A DNA stretch of 64,000 nucleotides from an uncultured delta proteobacterium (GCA_963785725.1 CAWAWS010000002.1:265703-329702); one strand, 5' to 3'. Positions 30,511-40,286 are shown, numbered from the stretch's first letter. Numbers and translations: made by a program. Notes: generated from the sequence alone by a model not told the origin.

Positions 30511-31335
30511 CTAATTGCGCGGCGGCTCGTGGCCGATCATCGACCCGTCGTGCACCGCCACGAACTCCGCCACGTCATCCGAAAACTTGAACTTCGCCTT
30601 TTTCAGGAGCGCCAAGTATTCGCGAATCAGCTCGCCGTTACGCGCCTGTGGATCGGCCGCGTAGGCCTCGAGCTCGACGCGCAGCGCCGGATCGAGCGTG
30701 TCGGAGTGGGGATCGAAGGCGCGCGTGTTGTCGGTGCCGGACATCAGCGTCGCCAAGTAGATGCCGAGATAGCCGCGGATCTCCTCGCTGTGCTCGAACT
30801 GCGGATGAAGGCGATCGAAGTCTTCCCAGCGCCGCAGCCGTTGGCGCAGCTCGGTCCAGCCGATGAGGAGGCCGGCGTCCTCGGAAAAGCCCCGCGCGAA
30901 GTCGTCGAGCCGCAGCCGGAGATAGGCGCGATAGTCGGCGGGCAGGCGCTTGCCGGCTTGCGCGAGCAGCCAGTCGCCGCAGTCGCTGACGTAGGCGCCC
31001 GCTTCCGAGTCGTGATAGCACCACGTGACCGGCCCGAGCACGCGCAGCTTCTTGGCGCGCGCCGCCCTTGACAGCGGCTCGAGCTTGGTCGCCAGCGCAT
31101 CTTGCACGTCGCCGTAGAAGCCCCAGTAGCGGTCGAAGAGCTGCACGCGACAAGCCTCGTCGGGCGCCGCGGCCTGCAGCTTGTCGAGCGCGGCGGCTTG
31201 GCTGCGCACGGCGGTCACCGTCTTCGGCGCCTTCGCCAGCGCCGCCGCGAAGTCGACCGCCGCCGGACAAACCGGCGCGGCCGCCGGCGCGATCGTAGTA
31301 TCCAAGATCACGACGAAGAGCGCGACGAGGCTCAT
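30511..31335 (-). CDS. Hypothetical secreted protein
   Basis: Signal-like N-terminus; SEAG, EDAGL.IGW.EL..R, GTDNT. Confidence 0.65.
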   Translation of the reverse strand: MSLVALFVVILDTTIAPAAAPVCPAAVDFAAALAKAPKTVTAVRSQAAALDKLQAAAPDEACRVQLFDRYWGFYGDVQDALATKLEPLSRAARAKKLRVLGPVTWCYHDSEAGAYVSDCGDWLLAQAGKRLPADYRAYLRLRLDDFARGFSEDAGLLIGWTELRQRLRRWEDFDRLHPQFEHSEEIRGYLGIYLATLMSGTDNTRAFDPHSDTLDPALRVELEAYAADPQARNGELIREYLALLKKAKFKFSDDVAEFVAVHDGSMIGHEPPRN

Positions 31336-31386
31336 GCGACATCCTACGTCGGCGGCAGCCTGAACCTTTGTGATCTAGGCGACGAC

Positions 31387-31962
31387 TCAGAAACGGGCGC
31401 GACCGTCGTGCATTTGCAAGTCGGCCATGAGGTCGGCCGGCGGCGGCGGCGAGTCCGACGCCTGCGCGCGATCGATGCGCGCCAGATACTTCACGGCCGT
31501 GCGCTCGAGCCGCTCGGTGGCGCGCTCGTATTGCCGCTCGTCCCAGCCGAAATGATCGGACGAGATGCCGTCGAGGATCTTGCGCCGCAGCTCGCGCGCC
31601 GCCTGCAACGTCTTCCGCGACTCGGCGAAGTCGTACAAGTGATAGCTGATGACGCCGTAGTTCGTCAGCGCCACCACATCGCGATCGTTGGCCGCCACCG
31701 CCTGCGCCAGGAGCTTGCGCGCCTGCGAGTAATGGTGGCGATGGACGGCGATGACGGCCAGGTTGTTCCACACCGGGCTCCAGTCGAGCCCCAGCGCCAA
31801 CACCTGCTTGTAGAGCAGCTCGGCGCGATTTTCGTCGCTGCCCAGCTGCGCCGCCAATGCCGAGCGAAATGCCGCGTCGCCTTGGTGCTCCCGAGCCAGC
31901 GGCGCGCAGCCGATGCCACCCGTCACGGCCAGCAAGAGGAGCCCCGAACAAATGCGCCTCAT
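31387..31962 (-). CDS. TPR-repeat lipoprotein
   Basis: Lipobox GIGC; A..LY..VL..WNNLAV..A..LL.QA..ALTNYG TPR pattern. Confidence 0.72.
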   Translation of the reverse strand: MRRICSGLLLLAVTGGIGCAPLAREHQGDAAFRSALAAQLGSDENRAELLYKQVLALGLDWSPVWNNLAVIAVHRHHYSQARKLLAQAVAANDRDVVALTNYGVISYHLYDFAESRKTLQAARELRRKILDGISSDHFGWDERQYERATERLERTAVKYLARIDRAQASDSPPPPADLMADLQMHDGRARF

Positions 31963-31988
31963 ACCGCCACAATATTCCTCCGCGTGAT

Positions 31989-32759
31989 ATGAAACCAGCG
32001 CGAATGACGCTGCTCTCCGCGATTCCGCTCGGGCGCCCGTTCGATGCTTCGCTGAACGGCTACCGCAACGACACGCTCTTTTACGTCACCACGGTCATGG
32101 CCGCGGTTCTATTCGCGATCATGTGCGGCATCCTGTTGTGGGCCTGTGTGATGCATCGTGCGGGCAAATCGCAGGTGCCGTACGAGCGCGGCTCGGGCCG
32201 GAGACACCTCGCGCTCACGGTGCTGGTCACGGCCGGCATCTTCTTCGGCGTCGACGGCACGCTGCTCTACGACAGCTACGCCGACCTCGATCAGTCGCTG
32301 TGGAAGTTTCCGACGGCGGCCGAGCAGCCGCTCCTCGTCGAGGTCTACGCGCAGCAGTGGGCGTGGAACATCCGCTACGCCGGCAGCGACGGCAAGTTCG
32401 GCACCGCCGACGACATCGTCACGCTCAACGAGCTGCACGTCCCGGTCGGCCGGCCGGTGATCGTCAAGCTGAAGTCCAAAGACGTCGTGCACTCGTTCTA
32501 TCTGCCGAACTTTCGCGTCAAGCAGGACGCGATGCCCGACGTCGTGACGCGCATGTGGTTTCAAGCCAAGGCGCTGGGCGTGTTCGAGATTGGCTGCGCG
32601 CAACACTGCGGCGCCAGCCACTACAAAATGCGCGGCTTATTGACCGTCGACGACGCGGCGACGTTCGGGCGCTGGCTCGCCGCCGCGCAAGCCGACGCGC
32701 AGCTGCGCTGGGACGCCGACGACGCCGATGCGCATTGGGGCTGGCCGTGGGACGCTTAG
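31989..32759 (+). CDS. coxB: Cytochrome c oxidase subunit II
   Basis: Two TM helices, QQWAW, DVVHSF, CuA motif CAQHCGASHYKM. Confidence 0.92.
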   Translation: MKPARMTLLSAIPLGRPFDASLNGYRNDTLFYVTTVMAAVLFAIMCGILLWACVMHRAGKSQVPYERGSGRRHLALTVLVTAGIFFGVDGTLLYDSYADLDQSLWKFPTAAEQPLLVEVYAQQWAWNIRYAGSDGKFGTADDIVTLNELHVPVGRPVIVKLKSKDVVHSFYLPNFRVKQDAMPDVVTRMWFQAKALGVFEIGCAQHCGASHYKMRGLLTVDDAATFGRWLAAAQADAQLRWDADDADAHWGWPWDA

Positions 32760-34420
32760 CGACGCTCTTCTCGCGCGATCACAAAGTCATCGCGCAGCAG
32801 TTCTTGTGGCTCGGCCTCGTGTTCCTGCTCGTCGGCGGGCTGTTCGCGATCGTCATCCGCATGCAGCTGGCGCACTCGGGCATCGTCTCGCCCGCGACCT
32901 ACACGACGCTGTTCACGGTGCACGGCACGATCATGATCTTCTTCGCCATCACGCCGCTGCTCATCGGCGCGTTCGGCAATTTCCTCATTCCGCTCATGAT
33001 CGGCGCGCGCGACATGTCGTTCCCGACGCTCAACATGCTGAGCTTCTGGACGCAGCTCGTCTCGTCGCTGCTGCTCGGCGTGAGCGCGCTCGTGCAGGGC
33101 GGCATGGCCAAGGCCGGCTGGTCCGCTTATCCGCCGCTGTCGACGCAGCTCGGCACGCCCGGTCTCGGCCAGACGTTGTGGACGATCGCGCTCTTCGTCG
33201 CCGGCGCCTCGACGACGATGGGCGCCGTCAACTACATCACGACGGTCTTACGCGAACGCGCGCCCGGCATGACGATGCTGCGTCTGCCGCTGACGATCTG
33301 GGGCCTCTTTCTGACGGCGATCTTGAACGCGCTGTTCGTCCCCGTGCTCGGCTCGGCGATGCTGCTCTTGCTCCTCGATCGCGTCGCCGGCACGCACTTC
33401 TTCGTCGCCGGCGCGCTCATTCGCAACGGCGGCGACCCCTTGCTCTATCAACACCTGTTCTGGATCTTCGGCCACCCCGAGGTCTACATCCTCATCTTGC
33501 CGGTGTGGGGCATCGTCGGCGATCTGCTGTCCTTCTTCGCGCGCAAGCCGGCCTACGGCTATCGCACGACGGTGTTCGCCATGTGCGCCGTCACCCTCCT
33601 GTCGGCGCTCGTCTACGGCCATCACATGTACGTCACGTCGATGGCGCCGCTGCTCGGTCGCGCCTTCATGATCCTGACGCTCATCATCTCCATCCCCGCG
33701 ATCGTGCTCTTTCTCAACTGGCTGCACACGATCTGGCGCGGCGCGATTCACCTCGAGCCGCCGATGCTGTTCGCGCTCGGCGTGCTCTTCGTGTTCGGCT
33801 TGGGCGGCCTGACCGGCCTCTATCTCGCCGACATTCCGCAGGACGTCTACCTGCACGACACCTACTTCGTCGTCGGCCACTTCCACTTGATCATGGCCGC
33901 CGCCGTCTTTCTCGGCTCCTTCGCCGCCATCTACTTCTGGTTCCCCAAGATGTACGGCCGCACGATGTCGCGTCGTCTCGGCATCGCCCATTTCTGGCTG
34001 ACCTTCGTGCCGCTCGTCGTCGTCTTCGTCGGCATGCTCTTCATCGGCAACGCCGGCATGCAGCGCCGCTTGTACGACCCGTCCAATTACGACACGTTCA
34101 AGCCGCTGGCGATCTGGAACTTCCGCATCTCGCAGATCGCCTACTTGTTGGCGCTGGCGCAGCTCCTGTTCGTCTACAATTTCGTCGTGTCGCTGTGGCG
34201 AGGCGCGCCGACGATCGAGAACCCCTGGCGCGTCGGCACGCTCGAATGGACCTGCGCCGCGTCGCCGCCGATTGCGCACAACTTTCACGACCTTCCGCGC
34301 GTCGTCCGCGGCCCGCACGAGTTCAATCATCCGTCGCTGGCGAACCGCGAAGACAACGACAAAGACTGGCTCGGGCAGACCGAGGCGCTGCCGGGCGAGC
34401 GCGAAGAGGGTGACGCGTGA
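32747..34420 (+). CDS. coxA: Cytochrome c oxidase subunit I (A1-type)
   Basis: HGTIMIF, GARDMSFP, WIFGHPEVY, GHHM, HDTYFVVGHFH, GMQRR. Confidence 0.95.
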   Translation: MGRLATLFSRDHKVIAQQFLWLGLVFLLVGGLFAIVIRMQLAHSGIVSPATYTTLFTVHGTIMIFFAITPLLIGAFGNFLIPLMIGARDMSFPTLNMLSFWTQLVSSLLLGVSALVQGGMAKAGWSAYPPLSTQLGTPGLGQTLWTIALFVAGASTTMGAVNYITTVLRERAPGMTMLRLPLTIWGLFLTAILNALFVPVLGSAMLLLLLDRVAGTHFFVAGALIRNGGDPLLYQHLFWIFGHPEVYILILPVWGIVGDLLSFFARKPAYGYRTTVFAMCAVTLLSALVYGHHMYVTSMAPLLGRAFMILTLIISIPAIVLFLNWLHTIWRGAIHLEPPMLFALGVLFVFGLGGLTGLYLADIPQDVYLHDTYFVVGHFHLIMAAAVFLGSFAAIYFWFPKMYGRTMSRRLGIAHFWLTFVPLVVVFVGMLFIGNAGMQRRLYDPSNYDTFKPLAIWNFRISQIAYLLALAQLLFVYNFVVSLWRGAPTIENPWRVGTLEWTCAASPPIAHNFHDLPRVVRGPHEFNHPSLANREDNDKDWLGQTEALPGEREEGDA

Positions 34421-35694
34421 ACGAGCGCGCACAGACGACCGCGTCGGTCGGCATGATCGTCTTCTTGGGCGCCTGGACGATGACGTTCGCCGCGCTCTTG
34501 TTCGTCTGGGCCGACGTGCGCTTCTCGGCCGGCGCCTGGCCGCCCGACGGTGAGCCGCGCGCGCCGCTGGTCTGGCCGGCGCTGGCGACGCTGCTCATGG
34601 CCGCATCCTCATGGACGCTCGGCCGCGGCTTCGGCAAGCTGACGATCGCGCTCGGCCTCGCCTTCATCGGCGTGCAAGTCGCCGGCTGGAGCGCGCTGTG
34701 GCGGCTCGGCGTCACGCCGTCGTCGGGCCGCTACGGCTCGTTGATGTTTACGTTCGGCGCCTTTCACGCGCTGCACGTCGTCGTCGGGCTGGTCGGCCTG
34801 ATGGTGGCGCGCGCCGCGGCCCGCCATTGGCGCTGGTTCTGGCACTTCGTCGGCGCCGTCTGGTTGTGCCTGTTCGCCGCGCTCTATCTCGGCGGCTGCA
34901 TGCCGCGCCGCAAGATCTCGGGGCCGCTCAAGCTCGCCGGCGGTCGCGTCATCGACGTCGCCACGTTGACGCGCGGGCAAGCGGCGTACGACCAATATTG
35001 CCGGCCTTGCCACGGCGAAGACGGCGACGGCAAAGGCTTCTCGTCGTACGCCTTGCGCCCGCCGCCGCGCGACTTCACGCAGGCGCTGTTCAAGTTCGGC
35101 CACGTCGCCAACGGCGCCTTGCCCAGCGACGCCGAGCTCGGCCGCCTCGTGCGTCACGGCCTCAACGGCACCGCGATGCTGCCGTGGGAATTGTCCGAGC
35201 GCGAGCTGGACGCGACGCTGCAATATCTGAAGACGTTCTCGCCGCGCTGGACGCAGGAGGCGCCGGGCGAATCGATCGTGGCGCCGCCCGATCCGTTCGG
35301 CCCAACACGGGCGGCCGAAGCGATCGCCAAAGGCGCCGACTTGTACGCGCACAAAGCGCAATGCCTCACCTGCCATGCGGCTTACGACGGCAACGGCAAC
35401 GTGACGGCGCCGGCGAAGCTGAAGCCGACCGACTTCTGCCTCGCGTGGAAGCCGGGCGCGCGCACGCTCGACGAACGCGAATGCGCGCTGCCGGTCAAAG
35501 TGCTGCCGCCCGATTTTACGCGCGATCCGCTGCGCACGATCTATCGCGGCAGCGAGCTGGCCGACCTCTATCGCATCATCGCCGCCGGCATCAGCGGCTC
35601 GAACATGCCGACCTGGAAAGGCGCGCTGCCCGACGACGACATCTGGGCGCTCGCCTACTACGTCCATTCACTCCAGCCGACGCCGAAGCGTTGA
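34417..35694 (+). CDS. coxC: Cytochrome c oxidase subunit III-like domain fused to a diheme cytochrome c
   Basis: FHALHV and WHFVGAVW..LF..LY followed in frame by CRPCH, PPPRDF, GTAM, CLTCH, GSNMP. Confidence 0.82.
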   Translation: MNERAQTTASVGMIVFLGAWTMTFAALLFVWADVRFSAGAWPPDGEPRAPLVWPALATLLMAASSWTLGRGFGKLTIALGLAFIGVQVAGWSALWRLGVTPSSGRYGSLMFTFGAFHALHVVVGLVGLMVARAAARHWRWFWHFVGAVWLCLFAALYLGGCMPRRKISGPLKLAGGRVIDVATLTRGQAAYDQYCRPCHGEDGDGKGFSSYALRPPPRDFTQALFKFGHVANGALPSDAELGRLVRHGLNGTAMLPWELSERELDATLQYLKTFSPRWTQEAPGESIVAPPDPFGPTRAAEAIAKGADLYAHKAQCLTCHAAYDGNGNVTAPAKLKPTDFCLAWKPGARTLDERECALPVKVLPPDFTRDPLRTIYRGSELADLYRIIAAGISGSNMPTWKGALPDDDIWALAYYVHSLQPTPKR

Positions 35695-35696
35695 CC

Positions 35697-36206
35697 TCAG
35701 ACGGGCTGCAAGTTGCTCGAGTCGCGCACGGGCCAGTGGCCGACGGACACGTAGGCGCCACCCTCCTCCATCAGCCGGCGCGCCTCGGCGCTGGCGACCG
35801 GATCGGCGACGTCGACGAGCAGGACCGAGCGCCCCGAGCGCGCCAGCTCGGCATAACGCTTACGCATGTGCGGCCGTAGCGATTGCGGATAGCGCTGGCC
35901 GCCAAGCCATAGGCCGAGCAGCGCGCCGAAGCCGACACCGGCGACGATCGCCACCGCCGCGTACAGCCACGACGGCGACATCGACAGCGCCACATACCCG
36001 AACACGACGCCCGTCACCAAGCCGAAGAGGGACAGCCGCAACCAGGGCGAGCGCTCTTGAACGACCAGCGTCTCCACCGGCTGACCGTCGCTGCCGGGCA
36101 GAAACAGGCGCAGATTGCCGCCGACCGCGTCGAGCTCGCGCAGCTGATCGGAGACGCGCAAGGCTTTCTCGCTGTCGCGAAACACGCCCGTCAACGTCGT
36201 TCGCAT
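35697..36206 (-). CDS. Hypothetical membrane protein (general-stress/DUF3341-like architecture)
   Basis: GVF.D...A N-terminus, Gly-rich TM hairpin, Y...G..LLV....A..LM..GA C-terminus. Confidence 0.6.
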   Translation of the reverse strand: MRTTLTGVFRDSEKALRVSDQLRELDAVGGNLRLFLPGSDGQPVETLVVQERSPWLRLSLFGLVTGVVFGYVALSMSPSWLYAAVAIVAGVGFGALLGLWLGGQRYPQSLRPHMRKRYAELARSGRSVLLVDVADPVASAEARRLMEEGGAYVSVGHWPVRDSSNLQPV

Positions 36207-36270
36207 GAGCTACTTTCGAAGCAAGCGGCGCGCCGAATGTCGCGGCTGTCGTGGCGCGCGATCGATCGCG

Positions 36271-36414
36271 TCATTCGCCGGTCGATCCGACGCCGAGCGC
36301 TCGCAGCGCGACGACCACGCCGGCGACGACGGCGAACGGCGCCGCCACGAACGCGGCCACGACCTTCCAGATCACGGGCGGAAGCTGCGCCGCGCAGTTG
36401 GGGCACAGCATCAT
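36271..36414 (-). CDS. Small CxxC single-TM protein (47 aa)
   Basis: Manual translation MMLCPNCAAQLPPVIWKVVAAFVAAPFAVVAGVVVALRALGVGSTGE*; ATGA overlap with the subunit IV stop. Confidence 0.6.
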   Translation of the reverse strand: MMLCPNCAAQLPPVIWKVVAAFVAAPFAVVAGVVVALRALGVGSTGE

Positions 36415-36689
36415 GGGCCGTGGCTCCCGGCGAGCGCTTCACCGATGAGCGCCGCGGCGTAGATGCACGGCAAGACCAGCGCGCCGACGAACGCGAGGCG
36501 CAGCGGCCGCGGCTCGCGACCGAACCCCATGCCGACGCCGAGGATCGCCGCGGCTTGCGCCAGCGCCAACATCGTCAGCGCCGCCAGGCGCGGACCGCGC
36601 GCGACGTGCGCGTAAGCGATCCCGAGCTCGGCCGCGGTCAACGTGGCCAAGGCGCCGGCGAGCGTCAGCTGCGTGCGCGCGCCGGTCAC
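36411..36689 (-). CDS. coxD: Cytochrome c oxidase subunit IV-like protein
   Basis: LATLTAAEL...LALAQA..I...M...E three-TM pattern; GTGA overlap with subunit III. Confidence 0.68.
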   Translation of the reverse strand: MTGARTQLTLAGALATLTAAELGIAYAHVARGPRLAALTMLALAQAAAILGVGMGFGREPRPLRLAFVGALVLPCIYAAALIGEALAGSHGP

Positions 36690-37267
36690 GCCAAGTACAC
36701 GAAGGTGAAGACGAGGATCCACACGGCGTCGACAAAATGCCAGAAGAGCCCGGCGACGGCCAGCTTGTCGGCGGCGGCGCCTTCGTCGACGACACCGCGC
36801 GTGCGGCCGACGAGGAGGGCCAAGCCGGCGATGACATGCGCGCCGTGCCAGCCGGTGCAGACGTAATAGCTGGCGGCCGCTTGGTCGAGCGCGAGGCCGA
36901 CGCCGTGCGCGACGAGCGCCTGCCACTCGAACGCCTGGCCGGCGACGAAGACGGCGCCGAGGCCGATCGTCGCCCACAGCCAGCGCGCGGCCGCTCGCTT
37001 GTGGCCGGCGCGCGCGGCGCCGGTCGCCAGCGCCATCGTCGTCGACGACGCGAGCAGGATGTAGGTGAGCGCGGCGCCGAGCGGCAGGCCAAGCCGCGCC
37101 GAAGCCAGCGGCCAAGCCGCGGCGCGCGCCCGCAAGACGCCGTAAGCAATGAGGAGCGCGGCGAACGACAGCGCGTCGGCGGCGAGGAAGATCCACATGC
37201 CCAGCTGGCCGCGCGGGGTCGTCAGCTGCACCGCCGTCGCGGGTTGCGCCGTGTCGGACGACGTCAT
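36686..37267 (-). CDS. coxC: Cytochrome c oxidase subunit III
   Basis: LGMWIFL..D..SF, T.ILL.SS.TM, Q.FEW, TGWHGAHV, FWHFVDAVWILVFTFVYL. Confidence 0.88.
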   Translation of the reverse strand: MTSSDTAQPATAVQLTTPRGQLGMWIFLAADALSFAALLIAYGVLRARAAAWPLASARLGLPLGAALTYILLASSTTMALATGAARAGHKRAAARWLWATIGLGAVFVAGQAFEWQALVAHGVGLALDQAAASYYVCTGWHGAHVIAGLALLVGRTRGVVDEGAAADKLAVAGLFWHFVDAVWILVFTFVYLA

Positions 37268-37335
37268 GACCGAGGGCAGGATAACCCCACCCACTGGCCG
37301 CGGCTTCAGGTAAAATAACAATTGGTAAGCTCTAC

Positions 37336-39270
37336 ATGGGGGTTCGGGACGACGATCGGCGCGGTAAACCGCTGCTCGAAGGGGCCGGCGGCGGCGCCAC
37401 GCGCGGCGGCGGCGAGCTGACGAACCTCGTCGACGCCGACACGCGCGGCACCGAGATCGACGTCGCCCGCATCGACACGACCCGCCAGCCACTCCCGTCG
37501 GAGGTCCTGCGTTTGCCACGCGATCGAGCGGAAAACCTGAAGCGCGAGCTGGACGATGGCGGCTTCTCGCGCATCGACACGCTGCCCGACGGCTTCGCGT
37601 CCATCCTGCAGCGCCACGCGCTCGCGCCCGGCGACGTCGTCGGCAGCCGCTACAAGCTGACGGAGGTGCTCGGCGGTGGCGCGATGGGCGACGTCTTCGT
37701 GGCCGAGAACCAAGCCATCGGCATGCGCGTCGCGGTCAAAGTCCTGAAGCCGCAGCTGCTGGCCAATCCCGAGTTTCGCCAGCGCTTTCAATACGAGGCG
37801 CAAGCCGTCGGCGCCATCGAGCATCCGAACGTGGCGCGCTTTTTGGACCTCGTCGTCGGCGACCCGACATTTCTCGTCATGGAGTACGTGCCGGGCGAGA
37901 CGCTGGCGGCGACGCTCAAGCGCGAACGTCAGATGTCGGTGCAGCGCGCGATTCACATCGGCATTCGGCTGGCGTGGGGCTTGGACGCGGCGCACGTCGC
38001 GGGCGTCATTCACCGCGACCTGAAGCCGGCGAACGTCATCTTGTCGGCCGATCGCGAAGCGGGCGAGACGCCGAAGCTGATCGACTTCGGCCTGGCCAAA
38101 ATCGCCGCCGCCGCCGGCAGCGACAAGCTGACGCGCACGGGCCAGATCATCGGCACGCCGTCGTACATGTCGCCCGAGCAGATTTCGGGCCGCGAAGTCG
38201 ACGCGCGCAGCGACGTCTACGCGCTCGCCTGCCTCATCTACGAGATGATCGCCGGACGGCCGCCCTTCGACGGTGGCGACGACGTGCAGACGCTCTATCG
38301 CCAGCTGCACGAGCCGCCCGAGCCGCTCTCGCTGCACGCGCCCGACAGCCCGGCGGCGCTCGATCGCGTCATCGCCCGCGCGCTGGCCAAGAGCCCGCCC
38401 GAGCGCTACGGCTCGATGCAGGAGCTGGCGCGCGCGCTCGAGCCGTTCGGCGCGCCCAAACGCGCGGGCGGCGCGCGCTTCGGCGGCGTGACCGCGGTGA
38501 CGCCGCCGTCGCTGCCGCCGCGCGCGCTCACGACGTTGTGGGCCGCGGGCGCGTTCGCGATGGGCGCGCTCTTGGCGACGGGCGCGTGGAGCTGGCGCAG
38601 TCACCGGCAGCACGGGCCGAGCGGCGGCGCGATGTTGATGGTGGCGTCGGAGCCGCCCGGCGCCGTCGTCCTCGTCGACGGCAAAGCCGCGCCGGCGACG
38701 ACGCCGACGGCCGTCAGCGGCCTCGGCGCGGGCGCGCACCTCGTGCGCATCGCGCTCGCCGGTCACGCGCCGGTCGAGCAGCACGTCGATCTCGCCGCCG
38801 ACGGGCGGCTCATGGTCGACGTGACGCTGCCGCCGGCCAGCCACGTCGTGCGCCTCGAGTCGATGCCGTCGGGCGCGCTGGTCTACGTCGACGGCGTGCT
38901 GCAGATCGGGCAGACGCCGCTCGACCTGACCATCGTCGACGACGACTTCCACTATTTGCGGCTGGAGAAGAGCGGGTTCGAGATGGCGACGCGCTCGCTG
39001 ACGCCCGACGATCACGCGCCGCAGGTGACGGTGGCGCTCGTGCCCGAGACGCACGATCGCGGCACGCTCATGATCGACAGCGACATCGCCGCCGCGGTGT
39101 GGGTCGACGGCGGCGACTCCGGCTTCTTGAGCCCATCGACGTTCGGGGTGCCCGCGGGCGTGCACACGGTGCAGCTGCGCGAAGGCGACGTGGCGCGCTC
39201 GGCGGCGCTCAAAGTGCGCATCAAAAAAGGCGAGTCGACGCGGCTGACCTTGCGCGGGAAGACGCCGTGA
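37336..39270 (+). CDS. Hanks-type Ser/Thr protein kinase with TM helix and extracytoplasmic PEGA domains
   Basis: GGGAMG, VAVK, HRDLKPAN, DFG, GTPSYMSPEQ, SDVY; SEPPGAVVLVDG and SMPSGALVYVDG PEGA motifs. Confidence 0.93.
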   Translation: MGVRDDDRRGKPLLEGAGGGATRGGGELTNLVDADTRGTEIDVARIDTTRQPLPSEVLRLPRDRAENLKRELDDGGFSRIDTLPDGFASILQRHALAPGDVVGSRYKLTEVLGGGAMGDVFVAENQAIGMRVAVKVLKPQLLANPEFRQRFQYEAQAVGAIEHPNVARFLDLVVGDPTFLVMEYVPGETLAATLKRERQMSVQRAIHIGIRLAWGLDAAHVAGVIHRDLKPANVILSADREAGETPKLIDFGLAKIAAAAGSDKLTRTGQIIGTPSYMSPEQISGREVDARSDVYALACLIYEMIAGRPPFDGGDDVQTLYRQLHEPPEPLSLHAPDSPAALDRVIARALAKSPPERYGSMQELARALEPFGAPKRAGGARFGGVTAVTPPSLPPRALTTLWAAGAFAMGALLATGAWSWRSHRQHGPSGGAMLMVASEPPGAVVLVDGKAAPATTPTAVSGLGAGAHLVRIALAGHAPVEQHVDLAADGRLMVDVTLPPASHVVRLESMPSGALVYVDGVLQIGQTPLDLTIVDDDFHYLRLEKSGFEMATRSLTPDDHAPQVTVALVPETHDRGTLMIDSDIAAAVWVDGGDSGFLSPSTFGVPAGVHTVQLREGDVARSAALKVRIKKGESTRLTLRGKTP

Positions 39271-40268
39271 ACCGCTACGGCGCCGTGGTCTTGGCGTTGC
39301 TGGCGACGACGGCGACCGCGGCCGCCGAGCCGCAGGTGCTGCGCATCGGCAGCGTCGCGCCCGACGGCAGCGGCTGGGCCAACGCGCTCGGCGCCTTCGC
39401 CCGCTACGTCGAGTCCGAGTCCAAAGGCGCGCTCAAGGTGAAGCTGTACTTGAATGCCGTCGCGGGTGACGAGGTCGAGATGGGCGAGCGCACGCGCCGA
39501 GGCCAGCTCGACGGCGTCGCCTCGGGGCAGCTGTTGTGCGCGATCGTGGCCCCGTCGATGCGCGTCTTGCGCTTGCCGGGCGTGTTCCAGAGCCGCGACG
39601 AAGCGCGCGACGTGCTGACGCGGCTCGAGCCCACCGTCGAGGCGGAGGCGGCGCAGGCCGGCTTCGTCATCCTCGGCTCGGCCGGCATCGGCGCCGACAT
39701 CTTCTTCACGCGCGAGCCCGTCAACAGCTTGGCCGAGCTGCAAAAGGTCAAGCTGTGGCGCTGGGCCGCCGACGACGCCGCCATCGCCATGTCGAAGGAG
39801 ATGGGCCTGACCGTGGTGCCGACGCCTCTCTTCGACGCGCGCGGCGCCTACGAGTCGGGCAAGCTCGACGGCTTCATGGCCGCGCCGTCGGCGGCCGTCG
39901 CGTTCCAATGGTCGAGCACGGCGCGCTACGTGACCGACTTGCACTCGGCCTACCTCTACGGCTGCTTGGCGTTGAGCGAGCGATCGTTCCAGAGGCTGCC
40001 GCCGGCGGCGCAAAAGTCGCTACGCGCCGGCGCCGCGCAGCTGCTCTTGTCGATCGAGGAGCTCGGCCGCAAGCAGGACGCGCAGCTGCTCGGCGGCCTG
40101 TTCCAGAAGCAGGGCTTGCGCGCCTTGCCGGTGTCGCCGGCGTTTCGCGCCGAATATTTCGCGGCCGCCAAGGCGGCGCGCGACCGCATCGGCGACAAGC
40201 TGGTGCCGCGCGCGCTCTTGGAACGCGTGCTGCGCATGCTCGCCGACTACCGGCTCGAGCACCCGTAA
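39267..40268 (+). CDS. dctP: TRAP transporter solute-binding protein (DctP family)
   Basis: Signal peptide; LRIGSVAPDGSGW, AGDE.EM..R.GQLDG, LP.VF, FQW; GTGA overlap with the kinase stop. Confidence 0.82.
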   Translation: MNRYGAVVLALLATTATAAAEPQVLRIGSVAPDGSGWANALGAFARYVESESKGALKVKLYLNAVAGDEVEMGERTRRGQLDGVASGQLLCAIVAPSMRVLRLPGVFQSRDEARDVLTRLEPTVEAEAAQAGFVILGSAGIGADIFFTREPVNSLAELQKVKLWRWAADDAAIAMSKEMGLTVVPTPLFDARGAYESGKLDGFMAAPSAAVAFQWSSTARYVTDLHSAYLYGCLALSERSFQRLPPAAQKSLRAGAAQLLLSIEELGRKQDAQLLGGLFQKQGLRALPVSPAFRAEYFAAAKAARDRIGDKLVPRALLERVLRMLADYRLEHP

Positions 40269-40286
40269 AACCTAGCGCGGCGGGCG

